Source: Candidatus Ancillula kalotermitis (GTDB lineage Bacteria; Actinomycetota; Actinomycetes; Actinomycetales; Bifidobacteriaceae). From it: 53,631 bases of DNA. Location: positions 1-53,631 of the forward strand of contig JAISRT010000041.1 in the NCBI GenBank assembly GCA_031273495.1, in the 5' to 3' direction. Position 1 is the first letter of the stretch. Each line of letters begins with the position of its first letter. The notes beneath the pieces are model-generated. The model saw only the letters and a list, made by a program, of their open reading frames with translations, was not told the DNA's origin and made no database searches. Below are positions 9,032 through 18,207 of this stretch, in pieces. The position numbers and the translations under genes are program-made.

Positions 9032-9105
9032 CGGGCATTAGCGCAGCTTGGTAGCGCGTTCGACTGGGGGTCGAGAGGTCGCAAGTTCAAATCTTGTATG
9101 CCCGA
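9032..9105 (+). tRNA. tRNA-Pro (anticodon GGG)
   Basis: Hand-folded 74-nt cloverleaf: acceptor CGGGCAT/ATGCCCG, D arm GCGC..GCGC, anticodon loop CTGGGGG, T arm GCAAG-TTCAAAT-CTTGT, discriminator A. CCA is not encoded. Confidence 0.85.
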
Positions 9106-9106
9106 C

Positions 9107-10420
9107 GTGAATTTGCGTAGATTTTTGCACTCAGTTCGGAACAAGCCTAATGGTGTTCTGTTGTTGAGCATTATACTGGTCGGACTGATTGCACGAGCAC
9201 CAACTTCGGTCTATGCACCAGTCGCGGCGTATCTTGAGCCACATTTCGGAGTTGACCACGCCACTTTCGGGTGGCTCTCAGGCATACCAGTCTTCTGTTT
9301 CGCGCTGTTCACTCCGTTGGCGTCACGTTTTATAGCGAAACGGGGCCTTGATGACGCGTTCTTGACTGGGATAATTATCACAACACTTGGCGTCGCACTG
9401 CGCCTCGTTGACAATTTTCTAGTCTTGTTCATCGCTACGATTATTATAGGTGCTGGGATAGCGTTTATGAACACTACGGTCCCACTAATGGCAGCGCGCT
9501 CATTCCCGAAGAAGTTCGCTATTGTGACTGGCACCTACTCGTCATTCTGCAACCTTGGCGTGGTGTTTGCGTTCTCGTTCACGGCACCTTTTGCTGATAT
9601 AATCGGGTGGCAGCTCTCAATGTTCATGTGGTTCTTTATGTGCGTCCTCAATATACTGGTTTTCGTAATATACATCTTCAGAAGGAAGCGCGGTAAGTCC
9701 CGCAAGCAGTTCAGGGTCGACGGGGAAGACTGGTCGCAAATCAAGAAACTGCGCCAGATTTCGAAGAAGGCAACTGAGTTTGATGCTGAGAGTTATGTTC
9801 AGCCCGCTGGAGTGTCCGAGACTGTTGAGGAAGCCCGTAACTCACGTCAAATCCACCGACAAGCGTTCACCTACGGAATATGCTTGCTCTTCATCTGTCA
9901 GTGTGTCGCGTATTTCACGTTCGCCGCCTGGTTGCCCAAGATTTTGCAAGACACTCTCAATATGGACGCTTCTACTGCGGGTATTGCGAGTTCAATGTTT
10001 CCACTAATGGGGATCTTCGGTTCGATTGCGGTGACACCATTTTTGAAGCGTGTTGGTGTGCTACCTTCATTCATAGGTATAGCACTCGGCTGGTTGATGT
10101 TGCCCCTCGGACTCCTCTTCCTACCAGAACTGTGGGCAGTATGGTGCGCCGCTGCAGGGATATGTCAAGCAGCGAATTATGTCACGATGTTCGACGCGAT
10201 AAAGAAGTGGTCCAAAACGAGTGAAGAGACTAGGAAATTATCGTCCGCTACGCAGGTTTCCGCGTATATCTGCGCTGGCATTTCGCCTTCGCTTTTCGGT
10301 GCGATTCACGATGCAACACTCCAGTGGCCGATTGTAATCAGTTTACTCGGTGTGACGCTCTTCATAATGCTCCTATCGGGATTCTTGACATATAGAACAA
10401 TAAAGGAGGGGCGGGGATGA
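9107..10420 (+). CDS. MFS transporter (about 12 TM segments)
   Basis: Hydrophobic multi-helix ORF with a central basic loop ([10 protein letters not shown]). The tracked ORF (9017) runs through tRNA-Pro. In-frame starts after the tRNA are GTG 9107 and TTG 9113. Confidence 0.75.
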   Translation: MNLRRFLHSVRNKPNGVLLLSIILVGLIARAPTSVYAPVAAYLEPHFGVDHATFGWLSGIPVFCFALFTPLASRFIAKRGLDDAFLTGIIITTLGVALRLVDNFLVLFIATIIIGAGIAFMNTTVPLMAARSFPKKFAIVTGTYSSFCNLGVVFAFSFTAPFADIIGWQLSMFMWFFMCVLNILVFVIYIFRRKRGKSRKQFRVDGEDWSQIKKLRQISKKATEFDAESYVQPAGVSETVEEARNSRQIHRQAFTYGICLLFICQCVAYFTFAAWLPKILQDTLNMDASTAGIASSMFPLMGIFGSIAVTPFLKRVGVLPSFIGIALGWLMLPLGLLFLPELWAVWCAAAGICQAANYVTMFDAIKKWSKTSEETRKLSSATQVSAYICAGISPSLFGAIHDATLQWPIVISLLGVTLFIMLLSGFLTYRTIKEGRG

Positions 10421-11298
10421 CAGTAGTACTAAACGGTAAAGAACTGGCGGCGTTAACAAAGGCGGAGTTGAAGGAGCGTGTCGAAAAGCTGAAGGAGCAT
10501 GGCGTTGAAGTGGGGTTGGGAACTATTTTGGTGGGTGATGACCCTGGCAGCATTAAATACGTGGCAGGCAAGCATCAGGACTGTAAAGATGTGGGAATAA
10601 GTTCACTTCGCATCGACCTGCCGTCAACTGCGACCGAAGCCGAGATACTTGCCGCAGTTAAAAAGATGAATGACGACCCGAAATGCACAGCGTTTATCGT
10701 GCAGCTCCCGTTGCCAAAAGGTGTAGACCAAAATGCCGTGCTCGAAGCGATTTCACCCGAAAAAGACGCCGACGGGTTACACCCCTTCAATCTGGGTTCA
10801 TTAGTCCTGAATGTTAATGAGTCCTTGAAGACCGCGGTCCCTTGCACACCGTTCGGTATTATCAAGTTGATACAACACTATTTGGGTGAGGATTTTCTTG
10901 ATGGTAAACATGTTGTAGTCCTTGGGCGTGGCGTGACCGTTGGTCGGTCTATTGGGCTATTGTTGACGCGCAAATGTGTCAATGCCACCGTCACACTTTG
11001 TCACACTGGGACGCGGAATCTTGAAGAGCTGCTTAAAACTGCAGATGTCGTCGTTGCTGCAATGGGCAAGGCGCATTTCTTGCAGCCTGAGATGCTCAAA
11101 AGAGGTGTCGTGCTAGTCGATGTTGGCGTGTCCCGTGACTCACAGACCGGTAAAATTGCCGGTGACATCGACCCGCGGTGTTACACTGACCAAAATGCTG
11201 AGGCTGTGCTAGCGTATTCACCGAACCCAGGTGGTGTTGGACCGATGACCCGTGCGATGCTACTAGAGAACGTCGTCGCGCGCGGAGAGTTGATGTAG
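10417..11298 (+). CDS. folD: Methylenetetrahydrofolate dehydrogenase / methenyl-THF cyclohydrolase
   Basis: 293 aa with an FolD-typical sequence ([24 protein letters not shown]..., [14 protein letters not shown]). Overlaps the MFS stop by 4 nt. Confidence 0.9.
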   Translation: MTVVLNGKELAALTKAELKERVEKLKEHGVEVGLGTILVGDDPGSIKYVAGKHQDCKDVGISSLRIDLPSTATEAEILAAVKKMNDDPKCTAFIVQLPLPKGVDQNAVLEAISPEKDADGLHPFNLGSLVLNVNESLKTAVPCTPFGIIKLIQHYLGEDFLDGKHVVVLGRGVTVGRSIGLLLTRKCVNATVTLCHTGTRNLEELLKTADVVVAAMGKAHFLQPEMLKRGVVLVDVGVSRDSQTGKIAGDIDPRCYTDQNAEAVLAYSPNPGGVGPMTRAMLLENVVARGELM

Positions 11299-11321
11299 AA
11301 AATGTCTAAGAGTCAAAAAGA

Positions 11322-11405
11322 GTTACTCCGTTAGGGGGTGTTCGCGAAAAGAACTACTCCATCAAGGGGCATTCGCGAAAAAAAGTGTTACTCCATTAAG
11401 GGGCC
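11322..11405. repeat. Tandem repeat of ~31-34 bp, about 2.6 copies (GTTACTCC-RTYAAGGGG-(C/T)RTTCGCGAAAA)
   Basis: TACTCC recurs at 11324, 11355 and 11389. The last copy merges into element H. Confidence 0.8.
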
Positions 11406-11508
11406 ACGACCCCCCACCACCCATGTGGCCAGTGTAGCGCAAAATGGTGGCATCAAGGTGCGGAAAGTGCAGCGTGGTTAATAAGTGCGAATCTTATGTT
11501 TGAGTGAA
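11400..11508 (+). repeat. Element H copy 1 (~105-nt dispersed non-coding element)
   Basis: About 80% identical by hand alignment to 35389-35492. Shared blocks: GGGGCCACGRCCCCCCACCACCCA, GGCCAGTGTAGC, TCAAGGTGC, AGTGCA, GTGGTTAATAAGTGCG, GAGTGAA. Confidence 0.8.
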
Positions 11509-11583
11509 TGTGATGAGCAATCGACCGAAGTCCGCGTGTAAAAAAAATGTGAAGAAGAAAAAACTTAACATGCCTATTTTTTT

Positions 11584-11592
11584 TGCTATACT
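11584..11592 (+). promoter_or_regulatory. Extended -10 box TGCTATACT, leaderless whiB
   Basis: Spacer TAAGGT, then GTG 11599. Confidence 0.7.
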
Positions 11593-11598
11593 TAAGGT

Positions 11599-11943
11599 GT
11601 GTACGATGATAAAAATGGTCAATGGCAAGTGAACGCAAAGTGTCGCGATTATGTTGCCGATTTGTTTTTCCCCGTTGGGTCATCGGAACTTGCGCAACAG
11701 CAGACCATGGAGGCGAAAAAGGTGTGTTCAACGTGCGAAGTGCGGCTCGAATGCCTTGAGATGTCGTTAAGAACGCGCCGTGATACTGGAATTTGGGGCG
11801 GTGCGACCGAACAGGAACGCAAAGAGATGATTAGGCATTTTCATGTGCAAAAACCTAACTCGAACAATAAAGCGTCGAAAACGATTGTTGACACTGAGTA
11901 TTATGATGACATTATGGACTATATAAATCTAGGCAAACTCTAG
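11599..11943 (+). CDS. whiB: WhiB-family Fe-S transcription factor
   Basis: 114 aa. Four Cys in WhiB spacing (C..., CSTC, EC) followed by GIWGG. GTG start lies 6 nt after TGCTATACT. Confidence 0.85.
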   Translation: MYDDKNGQWQVNAKCRDYVADLFFPVGSSELAQQQTMEAKKVCSTCEVRLECLEMSLRTRRDTGIWGGATEQERKEMIRHFHVQKPNSNNKASKTIVDTEYYDDIMDYINLGKL

Positions 11944-11958
11944 GGAAGGCGTGAAGAT

Positions 11959-12558
11959 ATGAGAACAGCGAAGCTTGGCAGAAATACTACTGAATCTAGT
12001 GTAGAAGTTGAAATTAACCTTGACGGGACTGGTGTTGCAGATATCGAAACAACTGTACCGTTTTACAACCATATGCTCAACGCTCTCTCAAAGCACTCAC
12101 AAATCGATATGTTCATCCGCGCAAAAGGTGATACTGATATTGACGTTCATCACACTGTGGAAGATGTCGCAATAGTCCTTGGAACTGCTGTGCTTGAAGC
12201 GCTTGGTGACAAGTCTGGTATTGAGCGCTTTGCGAACGCTAACTGTCCGCTAGATGAGGCGTTGACGACCGCGACCGTAGACATCTCAGGGCGCCCGTAT
12301 CTCGTGCATACTGGTGAGCCTTCAGGGTTTGAATACGCATTGATTGGCGGACATTTCACGGGCTCGCTAGTGGAGCATTTTTTCGATGCATTCTGCCTCA
12401 ACGCTAGAATTTGCGCGCATATTGACGTTGTCCGTGGGCGTGACCCACATCATATCGCGGAATCCGAGTTCAAGGCGTTCGCGAGAGCGTTGGGCAAGGC
12501 AGTAAGAATAAGCGAGCGCCTGAACGGTGCGATCGCATCAACAAAAGGTGTCCTTTAA
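11959..12558 (+). CDS. hisB: Imidazoleglycerol-phosphate dehydratase
   Basis: 199 aa with IGPD motifs ([45 protein letters not shown]). No other his genes adjacent. Confidence 0.9.
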   Translation: MRTAKLGRNTTESSVEVEINLDGTGVADIETTVPFYNHMLNALSKHSQIDMFIRAKGDTDIDVHHTVEDVAIVLGTAVLEALGDKSGIERFANANCPLDEALTTATVDISGRPYLVHTGEPSGFEYALIGGHFTGSLVEHFFDAFCLNARICAHIDVVRGRDPHHIAESEFKAFARALGKAVRISERLNGAIASTKGVL

Positions 12559-12582
12559 TCTACTCCAATTTGACATATAGTC

Positions 12583-12591
12583 TGCTATAAT
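12583..12591 (+). promoter_or_regulatory. Extended -10 box TGCTATAAT for the 12610-15116 operon
   Basis: The predicted TSS (~12598) coincides with the AGGAGG SD, giving a 12-nt leader to ATG 12610. Confidence 0.6.
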
Positions 12592-12609
12592 AGTGATAGG
12601 AGGTAGAAA

Positions 12610-13218
12610 ATGAGTAACGCGAAGGATGAAATCGGTTATCTAGATTTCGAGTTGCCAAAAGATATTGCAGTGCACACTGGCATTTCGGAAACTAAATCTG
12701 CGGCATTGGTGACTTCTATTAATGATATTGGCGTTCTAGCAGCACTTTGCGTGGTGAACGAAATTGAGGCAGTAATTATGCCTAGCGGTGTTTTCGGCAC
12801 AGTAGCATTTCTCCATGAGCTTAAAGATGGTGCACCCGAAAAAGCGGTCACAAAAATTACTCTAGCAGTCGATGGTCTTGACGCAGTTCTTGTTCAGTAT
12901 CGGTTCGAACGAATGGAGGCCAAACTGTATACAAAAGGTGAATTCGTTGAAGATTTGGTGCCCACTGTGGTTGTCGGCAATTTTTCTGAAGTCGCAGAAG
13001 ATGCTCTAATTGGCGAGATTGACCTCTACGACCTCATGAAAACTGGTAGTGCAAAGGTTGATGCCAACCACGCCTTGCGCAATCTGCCGTCTAACTTTGT
13101 GCCGAAGAAATATCAGCGCGGTGCGGAACGAACGTCAGGTAATTTCAACGCGTTCCCGACCTTCGCGATGCCAAAAGATGTCGCGCTCCAGACATTGAAG
13201 AGATTCGAGAATGTGTGA
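12610..13218 (+). CDS. Hypothetical acidic cytoplasmic protein
   Basis: 202-aa ORF with an AGGAGG SD 7 nt upstream. No motif I recognise. Its stop overlaps the GTG of the next gene. Confidence 0.6.
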   Translation: MSNAKDEIGYLDFELPKDIAVHTGISETKSAALVTSINDIGVLAALCVVNEIEAVIMPSGVFGTVAFLHELKDGAPEKAVTKITLAVDGLDAVLVQYRFERMEAKLYTKGEFVEDLVPTVVVGNFSEVAEDALIGEIDLYDLMKTGSAKVDANHALRNLPSNFVPKKYQRGAERTSGNFNAFPTFAMPKDVALQTLKRFENV

Positions 13219-14342
13219 ATAAGTTCTCTAAAATAGCATTGCCTCTCTTCGTCTTTGCGTTGGCGTTTTTGGGGATAGCAGTAGCAACTTTTGCAGTCTT
13301 GAGCACTCCGAACGAAGAAGAGAAACTTGAAATCCTAGTGCCTGACGGTATACCGCTTGCGAGTTTCGCTGGGTTTGCGCAGTCGGAGTCTGGTGTAGCT
13401 GCTACTCAACTGAAAGACGGCGTTTTTCCTTTTTCTGACGAGATGAACGCACTACTGGGGAAAAAGACTAGTTTGAGAATACTTAACGGTGCGGACCAAC
13501 TCTCGGCAGCGATGATAGACAAACCTAAAGCGGCAGTAGTTCCTTTGAGTATGGCGGCGCGGTTTTTCCACTCTGACGGCTATAAAATAATGCACATTGC
13601 GTCATTCGGGCTCAATGAGATTGTCGGGAACACTGAGGTTCAAGGTATGGGTGAGCTTGTCGGGAAAAAGGTCTACAGCTTCGCGAAAAATGACATCCCC
13701 GGTCTGGTTTTGCGTACTCTTATACGTGAGGACGGCGGTAAGGTCAATGAGTTGGCTGATGATAATGATGTCCTTGACCCGTCGGCAGTCAACATTCTTG
13801 AGTTTAATGATGCCCAGTCCGCAGGCGCCGCGAAGTTAAAAAGCCAGGATGCCGCAGATGTCTTCGCGTTTTTGCCTGAACCGGTGGCAACTAGTATTGC
13901 AGAGAAGTCCGATGGCAGCTTGAAGGTCACCGACCCGCAGCAGTTCTGGAAGCGTTTGTTTCACACCGACCAGCCCTACCCGCAGTCAGCATTAATAATC
14001 CGTAAAGACATCGCGGAAAGTGCTGGCTACGCTGAGACTTTTTCGGTTTTGTGCCTCGGAATGGGTTTGAGTAGTCAACTGGCATCTGAAGACGTCGACA
14101 AGCTCGTGGAGATTATGCGCGGTGACTTTAACTCGACATCATTTGCAAATGCGGGGGCAGTGAAGTTGGCGATACGTTCAGGACGCATTCCGCAGTCAGA
14201 CGGTTCAACACTGCGCCCCGAGATGAGAAGTAGTGTGCTCGCATTCCTAAAAACCTTGGCATTAACTAGCGAGCAGCCTGATAAAGTCCTAGGTGGTGAC
14301 GTGCCAGATGAGTCAATCTTCGCGGACCTACAGCAAAAGTAG
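13215..14342 (+). CDS. Putative membrane-anchored ABC substrate-binding protein (NMT1/THI5-like, tentative)
   Basis: 375 aa with an N-terminal TM anchor, then a periplasmic-binding-protein-like alpha/beta sequence. Family assignment rests on context with the downstream permease and is not verified. Confidence 0.55.
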   Translation: MNKFSKIALPLFVFALAFLGIAVATFAVLSTPNEEEKLEILVPDGIPLASFAGFAQSESGVAATQLKDGVFPFSDEMNALLGKKTSLRILNGADQLSAAMIDKPKAAVVPLSMAARFFHSDGYKIMHIASFGLNEIVGNTEVQGMGELVGKKVYSFAKNDIPGLVLRTLIREDGGKVNELADDNDVLDPSAVNILEFNDAQSAGAAKLKSQDAADVFAFLPEPVATSIAEKSDGSLKVTDPQQFWKRLFHTDQPYPQSALIIRKDIAESAGYAETFSVLCLGMGLSSQLASEDVDKLVEIMRGDFNSTSFANAGAVKLAIRSGRIPQSDGSTLRPEMRSSVLAFLKTLALTSEQPDKVLGGDVPDESIFADLQQK

Positions 14343-14363
14343 CGTTCTTAAAGGGTTAGAGTC

Positions 14364-15116
14364 TTGTTCATGGGGAAAACTACGCGAAAAGGACGGAAAT
14401 ACCTCTGGAAGGCGTTGGGCTGGGCAACTCTACTTGCACTCTGGTTTTTCCTTGCGGACTGCGCACTCGTGGACAAAAAGGTGATTCTGGATCCGTTCGG
14501 CACTGCGGTAAACATCATTACTCTAGGACAAACTATTCAATTCTGGCTTGCGATACTCTACACCTGTGTTAGCGCAGTTTCATCGTTCGCCTTCGCCTTC
14601 CTACTGTCGTTCATTATTGCGCTTTCGGCATATCTACACTCTAAACTCGAGGGGGCACTGCGCCCGTATATTTCGATTATGCGTTCAACACCGACTGTCG
14701 CAGTGATTCTGGTGCTTTTCTTGGTCGTGGACTGGAACTTCATAACATTCATCGTTGCATTCCTTGTGACATTCCCAATATTATTCGAAGGGCTACTACT
14801 GGCGTTCCGTAAAGTCCCCGCATCCGAAATTGACGCCGCGGCTGCACTAGGGATGAGTCGAGGGCAAATATTACGCCATATACACCTCGACAATATGAAG
14901 CGTGACATATTTTCCAGCGTTAGAGCGACTTTTGGGTTGAACTTGAAGGTAGTTATCGCGTCCGAAGTCCTTGGGATACCGCACACGTCTATCGGGTTGA
15001 GCATTTTGGTGGCAAAACAGAGCTTCAATTATTACGACGCCTGGACATTTCTAGTCGTTGCGGTCCTGTTAACATCTCTTCTCGAGTGGGGGTTGACGCG
15101 CATTTCTGGCACTTGA
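14364..15116 (+). CDS. ABC importer permease (binding-protein-dependent, EAA-loop type)
   Basis: 250 aa, about 6 TM segments. EAA-like loop IDAAAALGMSRGQILRHIHL. No ATPase gene adjacent. Confidence 0.75.
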   Translation: MFMGKTTRKGRKYLWKALGWATLLALWFFLADCALVDKKVILDPFGTAVNIITLGQTIQFWLAILYTCVSAVSSFAFAFLLSFIIALSAYLHSKLEGALRPYISIMRSTPTVAVILVLFLVVDWNFITFIVAFLVTFPILFEGLLLAFRKVPASEIDAAAALGMSRGQILRHIHLDNMKRDIFSSVRATFGLNLKVVIASEVLGIPHTSIGLSILVAKQSFNYYDAWTFLVVAVLLTSLLEWGLTRISGT

Positions 15117-15124
15117 ATTCGGGG

Positions 15125-15375
15125 TGATGGATCCAGCGCATCGTGGGACAAGCCCACCCACCATGTCACCCTTGGCTTTATGCCGAGGGTCCATAATGGT
15201 ATGACTGACGCGTGGATCCAGCGCAGCGTGGGACAAGCCCGCGCCTGCCCTTGGCTTTATGCCGAGGGATGACAGTAAGGGTCAGTGTGTCACCCTTGGC
15301 TTTATGCCACGCTACGCTGGGATGACAGGGGACGTGGTGTTTGTGTCACCCTTGGCTTTATGCCGAGGGTCTATG
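15125..15375. repeat. Repeat cluster B (REP/BIME-like modules)
   Basis: Contains four CCTTGGCTTTATGCC modules, three with the full hairpin (two are ACCCTTGGC-TTTAT-GCCGAGGGT at 15168 and 15348). Also GGGACAAGCCC modules and a CACGCTACGCTGGG module. Directly follows the permease stop. Confidence 0.9.
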
Positions 15376-15443
15376 AACACACCGCGCGGTGGGGTGTTGC
15401 GTTAGCGATTAAGACTTAGCGTTTAACTTTTGGCACTAGTTTG

Positions 15444-15452
15444 TGCTACACT
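15444..15452 (+). promoter_or_regulatory. Extended -10 box TGCTACACT, leaderless fhaA
   Basis: Spacer ATGTGA, then ATG 15459. Confidence 0.7.
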
Positions 15453-15458
15453 ATGTGA

Positions 15459-16721
15459 ATGGGACTATTGGATAGATTTGAAAAAGGTGTTGAAGGCGCA
15501 GTTAACTCCGTCTTCTCGAAGATTGGCTCGCATGAATTGCGTCCAGTTGATTTTATATTGGCTCTGAATGAGCATATGGACAACCACTCGACGAGCATTA
15601 AGAATAACCGAAAAGTTGCTCCAAACTCATACACGATATTCTTATCTACGCCTGACTTTGACCGCATCGAGACTTGGGATCCTGTCGCGTTTGCCGATGA
15701 ACTTGCCCAGAACTTGACCGAACATGCAAAAGCAGAGCAGTTTGAACTATTAGGAGACGTCGTCGTGTCGTTTGAGGAGAATGTACAAAACCAGGCAGGG
15801 GAGTATCAGATAAATTCAGAAGAGGTTGCGATGGAGTCTCCGATACCTGTTGATGCTATCAAACCAGTAGTCGGACAGGAGTTGCCTTCCGCATTGAGCG
15901 CAGGTGTGCCCGCAAGTCAAGCACCCGAGGAAAATGCTGACGCCAACTTGCCATACTTAGAGATTGAAGGGCAGAAATACTTCCTGACGAAACCCACAAT
16001 GGTGCTAGGGCGCGGGTCCGACTGTGACATAATTCTTGAGGACACGTCCGCTTCTCGGCGCCATCTTGAGCTCCGTAGAACGCCAACTGGCACAATCGCC
16101 TCGGACCTCCAGTCGACGAATGGCATCTTCATTGAGGGCAACAAGACTGGTGCGGCAACACTAATCGACAGGAACACTATAACTGTGGGCAAGACTGTGA
16201 TGATTTACCGTGAGGCACCCGCAACTCTTAATGCACCCGCACCTGCGACGCCTAATGTGGCAGCACTTGCAGAACAACCAGTGGCTGCTCAAACTCCTGG
16301 CTCTACGCCCGCTAAGTCATCACTCGCTGCCATGGCGCAACCGACACAGCAGCCAGTGGCACCGCAACAGCCAGTGCAACAGCCAGTAGCGCAACCCGCA
16401 CAGCAACCAGTGGCACAACCAGTGCAACAGCCCGTAGCGCAATCACCCGCACAGCAACCAGTGGCACAACCAGCGCAACAGCCCGTAATGCAGCCAATGA
16501 CACCGCAACAACCAGCGCAACAGCCGATAGCGCAGCCGCTGGCACAACAACCCGTAGCATCGCAATCAGCGTTAGGATCTACATTTTCCTCGCCAAGCGC
16601 GCCGCAATATGGGAACAGTTACGCTCCTGCACCTAGCCCTCCGCCCGCATCGCCTACCCAAGTTCCTCAACCCAATCCGTTCGACGAGCTTAACCTTTCT
16701 GAGCCGATGCCAAAACAGTAG
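15459..16721 (+). CDS. fhaA: FhaA-like FHA-domain protein with a long Pro/Gln-rich C-terminal tail
   Basis: N-terminus MGLLDRFEKGVEGAV is FhaA/DUF3662-like. FHA core is GRGSDCDIILEDTSASRRHLEL...STNGIFIEGN. ATG lies 6 nt after TGCTACACT. Confidence 0.85.
   Translation: MGLLDRFEKGVEGAVNSVFSKIGSHELRPVDFILALNEHMDNHSTSIKNNRKVAPNSYTIFLSTPDFDRIETWDPVAFADELAQNLTEHAKAEQFELLGDVVVSFEENVQNQAGEYQINSEEVAMESPIPVDAIKPVVGQELPSALSAGVPASQAPEENADANLPYLEIEGQKYFLTKPTMVLGRGSDCDIILEDTSASRRHLELRRTPTGTIASDLQSTNGIFIEGNKTGAATLIDRNTITVGKTVMIYREAPATLNAPAPATPNVAALAEQPVAAQTPGSTPAKSSLAAMAQPTQQPVAPQQPVQQPVAQPAQQPVAQPVQQPVAQSPAQQPVAQPAQQPVMQPMTPQQPAQQPIAQPLAQQPVASQSALGSTFSSPSAPQYGNSYAPAPSPPPASPTQVPQPNPFDELNLSEPMPKQ
16330..16560 (+). 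repeat. Imperfect in-frame tandem repeats encoding (Q-Q-P-V-A-Q-P-x)n in fhaA
   Basis: CAACAGCCAGT(G/A)GC(A/G)CAACC-type units recur about nine times. Confidence 0.85.
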
Positions 16722-16727
16722 GGGTAT

Positions 16728-17249
16728 ATGTCAGTATTCGTTCTCGCAATCTTGAAGTATGTCTATCTGGCATTACTTTGGGTGTTCGTGCTGACCGTAA
16801 TCACACTAATCCGACGCGACATTTTTTCTACGCAGAAGTCACTTATGGCGCGTATGGCACACTCGTCGGCATTAAAATCCGCAAGAACTCTGAGTGCGGT
16901 CCGTCAGCCTGCCCAGTCGGGTGTTGCACTGCAAAATCAGGGTTCTACGCAGCCGAGTAACCAACCAACAGCGGTAAACGTGATTTCAGGGATTGCGGAG
17001 GGTGATTATTTCGCGTTAAACAGCTTCGAGGCGACGATTGGACGCGCTAACACCGCAACAATTGTGCTTGACGACTCATTTGTCTCGTCAGTCCACGCCC
17101 GCATTTTCAAGACTAATGACAGGTTCTATATTGAGGATTGTCGCTCAACGAATGGCACCATTGTGGACGGTAAGGCAATAAAACAGACGACACCCTTGCA
17201 TTTAGGGAGCAAAATCGTGATCGGCAAAAATGTCCTGGAGTTAGTATAG
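16728..17249 (+). CDS. fhaB: FhaB-like membrane-anchored FHA-domain protein
   Basis: 173 aa with an N-terminal TM helix and a C-terminal FHA domain (IGRANTATIVLDDSFVSSVHARI...STNGTIVDG). Confidence 0.85.
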   Translation: MSVFVLAILKYVYLALLWVFVLTVITLIRRDIFSTQKSLMARMAHSSALKSARTLSAVRQPAQSGVALQNQGSTQPSNQPTAVNVISGIAEGDYFALNSFEATIGRANTATIVLDDSFVSSVHARIFKTNDRFYIEDCRSTNGTIVDGKAIKQTTPLHLGSKIVIGKNVLELV

Positions 17250-17250
17250 C

Positions 17251-18207
17251 ATGGTCAGTGAGAAAAATCTACAGTTTGATTTCGGGGCACGCTCCGACGT
17301 CGGGGTGGTGCGCGATTCTAATCAAGATTCGGCACTCGCGAGTTCAAATGTCCTGCTGGTCGCTGACGGTATGGGGGGGCACGCTGGTGGAGATGTAGCG
17401 TCAACAATTGCGACCACTATGCTTAGCGAACTCACGCAAGTTGCAGCGCCGCGCGGTCGTGCTCAAACTAGATTGTCAGTTTCGGACGCGGAACAACTAG
17501 TCAAAGACTCAATAACACAGGCCTACATCGCTATTCTGGACATCGTCAAAAATGAGCCTGAACTTGCGGGGATGGGCACCACTTTGACGGGAATAGTGCG
17601 CGCGGAGAACACTTTCCTGTCCTTCCACCTCGGTGATTCCAGACTTTATCGCTTACATGAGGGGACACTCACCCAGATGACTAAGGACCACACTTTCGTC
17701 CAGCGCTTAGTCGACTCTGGCAAGATTTCGGCAGAAGAGGCACGCAATCACCCACAGAAAAACGTGGTTGTCAGGGTGCTCGGTGATTTTGAAGTAGATT
17801 TCGAGCCTGACCTAGACTATATACCGATATGCGCTAACGACCGGTTCTTCATCTGCTCGGACGGGGTGTGCGGGACTGTCGACGACGATACGATTAGGCA
17901 GATTCTACTCGAGAAGTGTTCTCCTGAGGATGCAGCCAACGAGTTGGTCGACCTAGCGCTGCGAAATGGCTCAACCGATAATTGTACTGCTGTTGTAGCG
18001 GACGTCAAAGAGATTACGGGGGAGCCTCAGTTGCCAGTTTTTGCTGGCGCTACCCAGGAGGCACTCCAGGACCATCTCAACGACCTTGTGAAACGTGGGT
18101 CTGACACAGCGAAGAAAAAACACCCCACAAAGCAGCCCGAAAAGTTAGGGTTTTTCGACAAAATGCTCGAAACCGTGAAGTCCGTGTTTAACCAAGTCCT
18201 CCAATGA
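17251..18207 (+). CDS. pstP: PP2C-family Ser/Thr phosphatase
   Basis: 318 aa with motifs RDSNQDS, ADGMGGHAGGDVAS and DNCTAVV. No C-terminal TM segment. Confidence 0.85.
   Translation: MVSEKNLQFDFGARSDVGVVRDSNQDSALASSNVLLVADGMGGHAGGDVASTIATTMLSELTQVAAPRGRAQTRLSVSDAEQLVKDSITQAYIAILDIVKNEPELAGMGTTLTGIVRAENTFLSFHLGDSRLYRLHEGTLTQMTKDHTFVQRLVDSGKISAEEARNHPQKNVVVRVLGDFEVDFEPDLDYIPICANDRFFICSDGVCGTVDDDTIRQILLEKCSPEDAANELVDLALRNGSTDNCTAVVADVKEITGEPQLPVFAGATQEALQDHLNDLVKRGSDTAKKKHPTKQPEKLGFFDKMLETVKSVFNQVLQ

Noticed and set aside
11400-11508. Assigning element H to the actinobacterial 6C sRNA family because of its CCCCCC-containing loop.
   Set aside because: Only one C-rich loop with a 4-bp stem is evident, whereas 6C RNA has two well-formed C-loop hairpins. 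The only promoter-like box lies on the opposite strand. I cannot run a covariance model, so I report it as an unclassified element.
12569-12574. TTGACA as a -35 hexamer for the promoter at 12583-12591.
   Set aside because: It lies only 11 nt upstream of the -10 hexamer, whereas about 17 nt is needed. The other TGCTAYAMT boxes show no conserved -35 either, which is consistent with extended -10 promoters that do not need one.
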